Positions 52,836 to 64,000 of a DNA stretch of 64,000 bases are shown in pieces. The translations under genes and the position numbers were made by a program. The stretch covers positions 4,774,001-4,838,000 of the forward strand of contig NC_043010.1 in the NCBI RefSeq assembly GCF_006345805.1, written 5' to 3'. Within the stretch, counting starts at the first letter, position 1, and every line of letters begins with the position of its first letter. This DNA comes from Octopus sinensis (taxonomy: Eukaryota). Under the pieces are notes generated by a model. The model made no database searches. It had not been told where the DNA came from and was given only the letters and a program-made list of their open reading frames with translations.

Positions 52836-53401
52836 CAGTAATATCTCACTTTACAAGGGACCGCTTTACGAGACTCCAGATTTATGAGTTTTATTTTATA
52901 ATAAATTTTTTAAGTACAAGATCCAAATTTTGAATGAGGTGCAGATGTTTGTACTACCCTAACAAATGCTTCTGTGTGTTACTGAGAAATTTATAGAACG
53001 TGGAAAAAAGTTTCTTCTTAGTAAACAACTCTAGACTTGTCTTTTAAAAAGAAATCTACAAGTCCGTTTGTGAGTACTTGTGAATGGCAATTGTGTCTAC
53101 AGGTGATGGTGTACCTGAGTCTAGTGTGTGTGTGAAAGTGATTCAGAAAACAATTATAATAAAAATATTTTTTTTATTATAAATGATCTTGACATTCGTT
53201 TTACCTTACATAAAATATTCTTTACATCCTTCTGTTGTTTTATTGCCGTTTATTTACGAGTATTTTAAATGTTATAGGTAAAATATTTTTCTGGAAATGA
53301 ATTACGATTGCAACAATGAGAAATTATTGTTCTGCTTTATGAGTTTTCACTTTACGAGCAGTCTCCGGGAACAAATTAATTTGTATATTAAGGCATTACC
53401 G
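52836..53401. mobile_element. Non-autonomous Tigger-like element (MITE-like)
   Basis: TA-flanked imperfect TIRs CAGTAATATCT / CGGTAATGCCT, with repeated TTTACGAG subterminal motifs. Confidence 0.5.
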
Positions 53402-53741
53402 TATATATTCTTTTATTCGTTTACTTGTTTCAGTCATTTGACTGTGGCCTTGCTGGAGCACTGCTTTATAGGGTTTATAGTAAAAGAAATTGACCCCAGA
53501 ACTTATTCTTTGTAAGCCTAGTACTTATTCTATTGGTCTCTTTTGCTGAACCACTAAGTTACAGGAACATAAACACAACACACTACAGCATTGGTTGACA
53601 GCATCAGTTGTCAAGTGATGGAGTGATGGTGGGGGGACAAACACTGACACACACACATAGATATATATATATACATATATATACATACATCATACATATA
53701 TATATATATATATATATACATATATGATGTATATATATATA

Positions 53742-53791
<50 letters not shown>

Positions 53792-53833
53792 TATATACAC
53801 ATATATATATATATATAATATATACAACATATA

Positions 53834-54205
53834 TCTCTCTCTATATAAACGGCAGTTTGTCTGTGCGTGTTTCTGTGGTTGTTGTTGTTTACCCTAACTC
53901 TGACCACGGCTTTCAACCGATTCTGATGAAACTTGACACACACATAGCCCAATGTCATAATTCAAAACTAATGCAGCGAAAATTTTGAAAAGTTCCCCCA
54001 GTTCAGAAAAAGATCGATAAATTCGACATGGGGTCGACAATCAGAAAAACACAAACCGCAGATGGTGTAGGGGACGCAACTCGGCCTTTTTAGTATCAAA
54101 AAAAAAAATTACCACATATTTTGCTATTTTTTGGCTATAACTCTCTAAAAGTGCTTTATAGTTATTTCCCTTACAAACCCGAGCAACGCCGGGCGATACT
54201 GCTAG
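53834..54205 (+). mobile_element. Non-autonomous Helitron/Helentron-type element (~370 bp)
   Basis: 5' TC start, AACCGATTCTGATGAAACTT motif, 3' hairpin CCCG(AGCAACGC)CGGG at 54178-54193, CTAG terminus, inserted between A and T within (TA)n. Confidence 0.75.
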
Positions 54206-55429
54206 TATATATATATTATATATACATGACAGGCTTCCTTCAGTTTCCGTCTGCCAAACCACTCACAAGGCTATAGTAGAAGACACTTGCCCAAGGTACC
54301 ATGCAGTAGGACTGAACCTGGAACCATGTGGTTGGGAAGCTAGCTTCTTACCACACAGCTATTCCTATGTGTAGTATGTGTATATATATATATGATGGAC
54401 TTTTTTCACATTTTGTCTGCCAAATCTACTTACAAGCACTAGAGAGGCAGGGGTATAGTGGGGGGGGGGTGGGGGTGTAGTGGCAGTCTGCCCTGAGCGA
54501 CACTTTTGGTTCTGCTGTAGGCAATATGTGTTTCTTTCTGAGGTCCAGGCGTGGCAAATGGAAGGGGGTACCCTGGGTAGCACACACTCTAGCTATGCTA
54601 GTGCTAAGAAGTCTTTGGTTGGTCCGTGGCTAAAGTAGATGATACTTACTCAACGTACCATTACGGTAAGAACGAACCCAAAAACCATTGGTTGGGAAGC
54701 AATCTTCTTAACCACACAGCCATTCTTGCACCTGTACATATTCCCATATTATTGTCAATATTATTATATTCGTATCATACCTATTTCTTTACTACCCACA
54801 AGGGGCTAAACATAGAGGGGACAAACAAGGACAGACAAACGGATTAAGTCGATTATATCGACCCCAGTGCGTAACTGGTACTTATTTAATCGACCCCAAA
54901 AGGATGAACGGCAAAGTCGACCTCAGCGGAATTTGAACTCAGAATGTAAAGACAGACGAAATACCGCTAAGCATTTCGCCTGGCATGCTAACGGTTCTGC
55001 TAACTCGCCGCCTTCTATCATACCTTCTATCATATTCGTATCCTACCTGTATGTTGGTATCCAGGTGGCTGTAAACCCATGTGAATGTTAAGTAAGGAGA
55101 GAAGCATTCAATAATATTTCCACACTTTCCACTTGGATCAATATTCACCATAAAAAATGATGAGTTTATGTTTTATAGTTTTATACTAGCGTTATTGAAA
55201 CAATAGATACCCATATGCTAACATGGGTATGTGCACACATGTACACACATACACATAGACACATATTATGTATATGCCTATGTTGGTTTGTGTATGTGTG
55301 TATCACTGTCTTTGTCTGTCTGTCTGTCTCTCTCTCTGTATCTATCTATATATATATATACACACACATAGATATGTTTGTATATATGTATATATGTGTG
55401 TGTGTGTATATATGTATATATATGTGTGT

Positions 55430-55703
55430 GTGTGTGTGTTATATACATATACATATACATATATATATATATATATATATTTATACATATATATATATTA
55501 CATATATTTATACATATATATATATATACACATATATATATATTATATATTATATATATATATATATACATATATTTATACATATATATATATTATACAT
55601 ATATATATATATCACATATATATATTATATAATATATATATATATTTATACATATACATATATATATATATATATATATTTATACATATATATATTACAC
55701 ATA

Positions 55704-55735
<32 letters not shown>

Positions 55736-56038
55736 TTATACATATACATATATATATATATATATATTATACATATATATATATACATATATTTATACAT
55801 ATTATATATATATATATATACATGATGCACATAAATATGCATGATTAAACATTGATACATAATAAAGCTCATTGTAACAACATAAATGCATACTTTGATA
55901 TTCACACACACACATACACACACACAAACACATGCTCACACACACACATAGATGTGTATATATATATATATATATACATAAGGATGTGCATTTATCACAC
56001 ATTTATGCATGCATGCATGCATGAATATGTGTGTATGT

Positions 56039-56077
<39 letters not shown>

Positions 56078-56310
56078 TGCATGTATGTATATATGTAGAA
56101 ATATACATAGATAAGCGAGTAGATAAGATGTAGATAATGTACGTGAATGTGTTTATGTGTGTGTGTGAGTGTGTGTGTGTGTGTATGTGTGCGTGTGTGT
56201 GTGTGTGTGTGTATGTGTGTGCATGTGTGTATGTGTGTGTGCATGTGTGTGTGTGTGTGCGTGTGCATGTGTGTGTGTGTGAGTGTGTGTGTGTGTGTGT
56301 GTCTCTCTCT
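55430..56310. repeat. (TA)n/(TG)n microsatellite field; similar fields at 23143-23530, 24945-25240, 31240-31500, 32570-33000, 44080-45150 and 56840-58220
   Basis: Directly visible. Confidence 0.95.
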
Positions 56311-56842
56311 CTACTCACATACACATATACCAATATATATATTGACAGAGCAGAGATCTTTGTTCCCGAATAATTGTACTAGCTGTTAATAAAAAGTTAG
56401 AGAAAAAAAAAATAAATAAATAAACAGAAAACACAAAAAAAAAAAAAAAATAGCAAAAGAAAATTTTACTAAATAGGAAAAATGATGACAAAAGTAATGA
56501 AAATAAACAAAAATAGCAAAACAAAAATATTAAAAATAATAAAAAATCGTATCAAAACTGCACATGAACAAAACAAATTTCAATGAAGCCATTAGAATAT
56601 ATGTTTGGTGTATTTATGCATGGATCTCTTAATATAATTAGTAATATTACAATAGTTATCTTCATAAATCAATCATCTATTATTTTAATTTCTATTGCTG
56701 TTCATCTCATGCAGACCTGATTAAGATCTCTAGAGTGATGCTCCCCCCCACCACCACCCTTTTCTTTTTTTTTTATAGGTTTTTTTACTTTATGGATAAT
56801 TCCTTTTAGAGATTACAGGGTTTAGCAGTGATTTCCTCCATG

Positions 56843-56876
<34 letters not shown>

Positions 56877-57195
56877 AATGAGTGTATAAATATATGTATG
56901 AATATGGGCAGAAATACGTATATGTATATGTATGTATACATCTATATATATATATGTATATATATGTATATGTAGGTATATATATATATGTATATATATA
57001 TATATAATATGTATATATGTATGTATATATCTATATCTATATCTATATATATATATGTATATATATGTATATATATGTATGTATGTATGTTATATATATA
57101 TATATATATTCCATATATACATATACATACATATATATATAAACGATGATGATGATGATGATGATATATATATATACATACATACATATTATGTA

Positions 57196-57247
<52 letters not shown>

Positions 57248-58960
57248 TATATGTGTGTAAGCATATATCACTCAATCTATCAATTTGTCTATCTGTCTAT
57301 CTCTTTCTCTCTGTGGATATATATATATGCATATACATACATATATATATATACATATATGCATGTGTGTGTGTGTGTATGGAGAGAGAAAGAGAGAGAG
57401 AAAGAGGAGGACAAAGACGAAAATAGAGAAAGGGGGAAAAAGAGAAGGAAAATGAAAGTGTTAAAAACGAAAGTAAAGATACATAAATATATAGATTGAT
57501 TGATTAAATCGCGTTTCTGTATTGTGAATATAGTCGTTGATATCCAATTTGTGAAGCTTTACATTTACAAAGTCCTACTTATATATGTATTTGTACAGTA
57601 TTATCTCCACTTGCATGGCTACTTACTTTTAATGGTTTTTATATATAATGAGAATGCATCATTGATGTAACTGATTGTAAAGGATGTTGTTTTTACAAGT
57701 TTGCGTATGTGTGTATGTATATGTGTTTTTGTTTGTGTGCATATGTGCATGTGTGTGTACGTGTGTGTGTGTGTGTGTACGTGTGTGTGTATATGTGAAT
57801 CAATGGACAGAGACATGTTTAGATGTGCACTCACACTTAGACCTACAGTCACGTACACATAAACACGCACACTCACAGGTATGTATATCTATATGTGCCT
57901 GTATATATATATATATATAAATATATGTGTGTGTGTACATGTGTGTGTGTGTATATCTATATATCTATCTATATATATATCTATATATATATCTATATAT
58001 ATATATATCTATATATATATATATATAGATAGATATATAGATATACACATATATGTAAATGTATATTCATACATATCTATATACATATGTGCATATACAT
58101 ACATACATACATACATACTACATACATACATACATATATATATATATACTTACATACACATACATACATACACATACATAAAAACACATACTTACATATA
58201 CATATACATACACACACATTGGATAATAATTTCTCACACAGATATGATCTGAGGTCAACAGTAAAATGTATTTGAAGCTGAGATCTTCATGCTTTTCTCT
58301 CCTGCTCAAGAGCACTGGAAGGATAACTGAAGAGAACTGGTTGTTTTATACAGGGAATAAAAGGAGGAATGTTACATTATGAGGAATCCCCTCTCTCTGA
58401 TTATGGTACATTTGAAACCATGACTCATCTACTGGTTAAGCTATAATTGGATTATCCCTGTTTGGATGATTCGAGGAATAGCATGAAAAATGCGCAAGAT
58501 AATTTAAAACTGGAGAAAGATTTTATAGAGATAGAAAATTATAGAGTTGGAATCAAAACTAGGTCACAGATTCTTTGTTTGGCTGTTGGTTACTTATTAT
58601 ATTCTATGATGCTTGCCCTCACAGACACACAAATTATATTTATTTATTTATTTACCATTTTTCTTCAGTTCTATTCTCAGTTGTATTGTACATTATTGTG
58701 CATTAGTCCATCTTTAAAAGGTTCCAGTAGAATATCAGGCATTTTTCTGTGAGAAGGATTGTGTGAGTATGTGCATGTGTGTATTGTGTGTGAGTGCATG
58801 CGTGTGTGTGTGTGTGTACATGTATTTGTGTATGGGCTTTTAACTAACTGAACTCCCCCCCCCCCATCAAAACCCTTCTCCACCTCTGAAGAAAAGGATG
58901 CACTAAATTGTGTCTCATGATCCCATCACTTCTCATACCAAAATACAGCTAATTAAAATC

Positions 58961-59025
<65 letters not shown>

Positions 59026-59029
59026 ATAT

Positions 59030-59082
<53 letters not shown>

Positions 59083-59303
59083 AGTTAATCCAAACAAGAA
59101 AGCACAAAAAAACACAACAACGAGAGGACGTGGAACAAATATAGTATTATTGGACGCTCAGGAAAGAATGAAAGAAGGAGGATTTAACGTTTCGAGTGGA
59201 GCTCTTCATCGGAAACATAGGAGAAGGAAAGATCCAGAGAAGGGAAGACAGAGGAAAAAAAATCGCCAACGGTACACACGAGGTCACATATATATATATA
59301 TCT

Positions 59304-59511
59304 ATCGTTTCATGCGACTCCATTTAATTGAACAATGCAAACATTACAACAATTTAAAATGTGGAGCAATCTTCAGCTGCATAAAAATATAGAATTTAGT
59401 TCTATATAGAATAATTAAATATAGAATGACTAAATTCTATATTTTTAATCCAGCTGAAGATGGCTCTACATTTTAAATTGATGTAATGTAAATAGAGTCA
59501 CATGAAACGAT
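59304..59511. repeat. Long inverted repeat (arms ~90-105 bp, short spacer)
   Basis: atcgtttcatgcgactc...gaatttagt pairs with actaaattc...gagtcacatgaaacgat; the left arm has a ~15-nt insertion. Confidence 0.85.
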
Positions 59512-59659
59512 TGTAATGCATTACCCCTGGATATCCTTGTTGCTTATTTTGATTATAATCACCTCATTTTAAATTATATGGATAATACCATCCTAAATTC
59601 TGATGCCTTCAACTTAAGTACCATATTCATCTGAATCTAAATTTTACTGAACTAATATA

Positions 59660-59728
<69 letters not shown>

Positions 59729-60021
59729 AGTTCAATAAAATTTATATATATATGTATGAGTATATATATTTCATATTTGTTTCAAGACACAAAGCATTTA
59801 ATAAAAACCTGCCTTGACTCATGTATCCAGTGCATGAAACTATTAGTAGCTCATATCTTTATACTGTGTATATTAGATAATATCATCTTCACTGGATGGA
59901 GCACTGTTTTTGTTGATCTTACCTTAAAGGAACAATAAATAATATATACTTTATTTGTGATTTAACAAGATTATCATTGGTTTCTTTCCAAGAGTAACTT
60001 CTCAACAATTATCATGCCTGC

Positions 60022-60098
60022 CACAGAGAATGTTGGTACTCATCTCCATCTTGGATTAGAATATTCCATAATGCAGACGAGTACCAACATCCCATATG
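60022..60098 (-). ncRNA. Candidate microRNA precursor; predicted 5p UUGGUACUCGUCUGCAUUAUGG (60087-60066) and 3p AAGAUGGAGAUGAGUACCAACA (60052-60031)
   Basis: 34-position stem with 3 mismatches and a 9-nt loop on the minus strand; five plus-strand A-C mismatches become G-U pairs on the minus strand; UG at -14/-13 from the predicted 5' Drosha cut; not part of any repeat seen elsewhere in the window. Confidence 0.6.
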
Positions 60099-60476
60099 TC
60101 AGGTTTGATAATTACTGAAAAATTTCTCTCAGCATGAAACCAGTGGTAGCTTTGTTAACCCACAAATAAAGAGTATTTATCCGTTAATGCTGTGTTGAGC
60201 ACTCATTCTCACTGTTTGATATTAGTGTGTATGCACATTTATAAAGATATATGTAGGTGTTTATATCTGTATGCATGTAAGCATATATGTATGTGTACAC
60301 ATTTTAGTTAATTATTTTTGGATTCCTGCTGATGGTGAAACCCAAACTTTAGGCTGCTTAGCTTACACTTAAATCTAGCACCTATTAAAATAGTGATTTA
60401 CCTGATGTTATAATCAGCTGAGTTGACTAAATAGATTGATGAGAGATCTTTTGTACCAGTGCTTTACAGCTTGTCA

Positions 60477-60853
60477 ATGGCCCAGTGGTTAGGGCAGCGG
60501 ACTCGCGGTCATAGGATCACGGTTTCGATTCCCAGACCGGGCATTGTGAGTGTTTATTGAGCGAAACACCTAAAGCTCCACGAGGCTCCAGCAGGGATGG
60601 TGGTGATCCCTGCTGTACTCTTTCACCACAACTTTCTCTCACTCTTACTTCCTGTTTCTGTTGTACCTGTATTTCAAAGGGCCGGCCTTGTCACTCTCTG
60701 TATCACGCTGAATATCCCCGAGAACTACGTTAAGGGTACACGTGTCTGTGGAGTGCTCAGCCACTTACACGTTAATTTCACGAGCAGGCTGTTCTGTTGA
60801 TTTGGATCAACCGGAACCCTCGTCATCGTCGTAACCGACGGAGTGCTTCCACC
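60477..60853 (+). mobile_element. SINE family D copy with an 11-bp TSD (acagcttgtca)
   Basis: TSD at 60466-60476 and 60854-60864; body matches 36911-37271. Confidence 0.85.
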
Positions 60854-61180
60854 ACAGCTTGTCATGATGGTGACTCAAATTTACTTTTGTTTCTCTAAAA
60901 ACAAGACAAGGCAGCACTTGTTTTTAGGCATGGTTGTGTAGTTAAGGAAGTCACTTTGCATCCACATGGTTTCAGGTTCAGTCCCACTACATGTCAGTTT
61001 GGGAATGTGTCCTCAACTATTGCCCCAGACTAACCAATACCTTGTGAGTGAATTTGGTAGATGGAAACAGAAGGAAAACCTGCGATATATATATGTTTGT
61101 GTTTGTTCTCACCACCATTTGACAATGGTGTTAGTTTGTTCACGTCCCCATGACTTAGTTGTTTGGTAAGAACGATCAAT

Positions 61181-61580
61181 AGGCACAGGAGTGGCTGTGT
61201 GGTAAGTAGCTTGGTAACCAACCACATGGTTCCGGGTTCAGTCCCACTGCGTGGCATCTTGGGCAAGTGTCTTCTGCTATAGCCCCGGGCCGACCAATGC
61301 CTTGTGAGTGGATTTGGTAGACTGAAACTGAAAGAAGCTTGTAGTATATATGTATATATATGTGTGTGTATGTGTTTGTGTGATTGTCCCCCTAGCATTG
61401 CTTGACAACCGATGCTGGTGTGTTTATGTCCCCGTCACTTAGCGGTTCGGCAAAACAGACCGATAGAAAAAGTACTGGGCTTAAAAAGAATAAGTCCCGG
61501 GGTCGATTTGCTTGACTAAAGGCGGTGCTCCAGCATGGCCACAGTCAAATGACTGAAACAAGTAAAAGAGTAAAGAGTAA
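61181..61580 (+). mobile_element. SINE family A copy
   Basis: Match to family A. Confidence 0.85.
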
Positions 61581-62019
61581 AGTAAGTATTAGTATTGGGG
61601 TTGATTTATTTGACTAAAACGTTCAAGCTGGTACCCTAGCATGGCTGCAGTTCAATGACAGAATCAACTACCAGCTAAAAGATAAAAGATATGATATAAC
61701 CATATTAAACAGAGTGTTTATAACTTTCTGTGTGAGACTAACCAGGTATGATCAATATAGGTAATTAATATATTTCAATTTAAGCTATAGATGTAGAAAT
61801 ATTCTGACTTTGAATTAATTTTATCACACACCTGAATAATTTCAAAACACACCTGTTTAGTTTTATGACATAGGTCGTAAAACTCTTCTCTGTATAATAG
61901 GTAGACCTAGAAATAACTGGCAATTCTTCCCTCAAATCACATCCTATGCAATTACAAATGGAATGAGACACGTTTATTGAGGAGAATAAAGAAATCTTGT
62001 GTATATTATATCACCCATA

Positions 62020-62417
62020 AATTTATTAACCATCTTACAAACAATAACTCTGAACACCTTTTCGAACTCCACCCGTCTAACACCCGTGGACATATTTACA
62101 AAGTCAGAAAACAGCACAGCTCCCATGACTTTAGGAAACATTTTTTCATGCTGAGAGTTGCTGAAGCATGGAACAAACTGCCGGCATCAGTTCTTAGTTG
62201 TCGGAGCACTGCATCCTTCAAAACTTCCATGCTTTCTGAGATTCGCCAACACTACACCTGATCTTTCTCCTCTCCATACACACGCAAGCATGTATTTGAC
62301 TCATGCACTGTTCGCTTTCCAGACATTTGTACATTACTGCATGTACTCTATATGCACTTTCTGATAAGTTGTGGTGCACCTGAGCACTGTATACAATAAT
62401 TTCATTATTATTATTAT
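62020..62417 (+). mobile_element. CR1-clade LINE 3' end with 3'UTR and (ATT)n tail
   Basis: NTRGHIYKVRKQ...RKHFFMLRVAEAWNKLPASV...FK is the typical CR1 ORF2 C-terminus. Confidence 0.8.
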
Positions 62418-63308
62418 CATATCTTAAAGATAAGATGATCCTTGTGTGGGGATAACACAGATTTCAACAACAAAAACAATAGCAACATGGCTGTGTGGTA
62501 AGAAGTTCGATTTCTGACTACACAGTTTCTAGCTCAACCCCACTGCATGGCACCGTGGGCAAATGTTCCCTATAATAGCCTTGGCTGACCAAAGCCTTGT
62601 AAGTGGATTTGGCAGATGTTATGCACCCATGCATGTACATATATGTATAAGTGTGTGTATGCGTGTGCAAACATGTGTGTGTTTGTGTTATTGCCTCCTT
62701 GCCTTGACAGTGTGATTAATTGTGAGTGAGTGTCATGTTACAGAAGTAGTGTCCATTATTTTTCAATTTTTTGTGAAAATACGTGTGGCCATGGGGAAAT
62801 ATCATCTTACTTGGAAACAAGCAAGGACTGGCAAAAGGAAGGGCATCCAGTCATAAAAAATCTACCTCAGCAAATTTTGTCCAACCTATGCAAGGATGGA
62901 AAAGTGTGTGTTAAAATGATGATGATTTCCTGCAACTGTTTTTCCAGTTCAGTGGTTCTCAAATGATGTGTTTCAGTGCCAAGCAAGGAATGGTTAGTTA
63001 GGATTAATAACTAGGAGCACAAAAGATTTTTAAAGATATTTAAAATTATCTATAAAGCTATAAAAATATTTGAAGCACTTAAAAAATGTAATAATAATAA
63101 TAATTTTAATTTGTTTATCATGCAACTTTTCATAAAGCACAGGCAAGCATGGCTCCATGGTTAAAAAGCTTACTTTGCAATCATGTGGTTTTCGGTTCAG
63201 TTCCAGTACACAGCATCTTGGACAAGTGTCACCTACTATAGTTCGATGCTGACCATTGCCTTGTGAGTGAATTTAGTGAGAGAGGAACTGTGTGGAAGCC
63301 TGTCATAT

Positions 63309-63695
63309 TCTTTTACTTGTTTCAGTCATTTGACTGCGGCCATGCTGGAGCACTGCCTTTAGTCAAACAAATTGATTCCAGGACTTATTCTTTGTAAGCC
63401 TATTACTTATTCTATTGGTCTCTTTTGACAAGCCACTAAGTTACGAGTATGTAAGCACATCAGGATCGGCTGTCAAGCGATGATTGTTGGATAAATACAA
63501 ATATCTACATACGTATATATATATGTATGTATGTATACGATGGGCTTCTTTCAGTTTCCATCTACCAAATCCACTTAGAAGGCTACGGTTGGCTTGAGGC
63601 TATAATAGAAGACACTTGCCAAAGGTGCTACTCAGTGGGATGGAACCCAGAACCATGTAGTTGGGAAGCAAGCTTCATACCACACAGCCATGCCT
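63309..63695 (-). mobile_element. SINE family A copy (diverged)
   Basis: Reverse-complement match. Confidence 0.75.
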
Positions 63696-64000
63696 GCTTC
63701 TCCAACATCATCTATTTATCTCTTTCTGTCTGCCCCCTTCTCTCTCTCTCTCTCACTCTGTCTCTCTATTTTTCTCTCAAACTCTATCTCTCCTTCTTTT
63801 CCTACTGGGGTAGCCAAGTATCTCTTCTATAGTTAGACACCTATCTCTATCTTACAAAACTACCTCCCACAGTACCATTCCTTCTCCAAACCAAGGAATC
63901 TTTGTCTTGCATGTTACTTGATGATCCTGCTAGTACTGGTGCCACATAAGAAACATCCAGTACACTCTGTAAAGTTGTTGGCATCAGGAAGAGCATCCAG

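Noticed and set aside
57627-57670. Exon-like segment with an AAA|gtaagt donor (YINDAFSLYIKTIK); another at ~58234-58317
   Set aside because: Phases do not chain with each other or with the 46414 exon, so the 5' end of the gene is unresolved.
59452-59515. CUGAAGA...GAAA hammerhead-like motif in the 59.3-kb palindrome
   Set aside because: Four extra nucleotides between stem II and GAAA, and no convincing stem I.

Overview
Eukaryotic, AT-rich, repeat-saturated genomic DNA. The SINE, transposon and microsatellite landscape looks like a coleoid cephalopod (Octopus-like) genome; this is an inference from repeat style, not a database match. Most of the window is microsatellite ((TA)n, (CA)n, (ATT)n, (GAT)n, (CAC)n) plus several SINE families in many copies. 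It also holds decayed DNA transposons (Tigger/pogo, mariner, maT/DD37D-type, a non-autonomous Helitron) and LINE 3' fragments (R4/Dong-type RLE, CR1, RTE). Nearly all ORFs in the supplied track are microsatellite or SINE artefacts. Between the repeats lies a series of short minus-strand exons with good splice signals whose phases chain into one ORF: a tentative ~14-exon gene from ~46.4 kb to a stop at 1086 that I cannot assign to a family. One exon has an in-frame TGA 12 nt before a strong in-phase donor. The most notable non-coding signals are a well-formed pri-miRNA-like hairpin at 60022-60098 (minus strand), several minimal hammerhead-ribozyme motifs in Penelope-type repeats (one with a G3-C8 swapped core), long fold-back palindromes, and insertions flanked by unusually long (50-320 bp) direct repeats.
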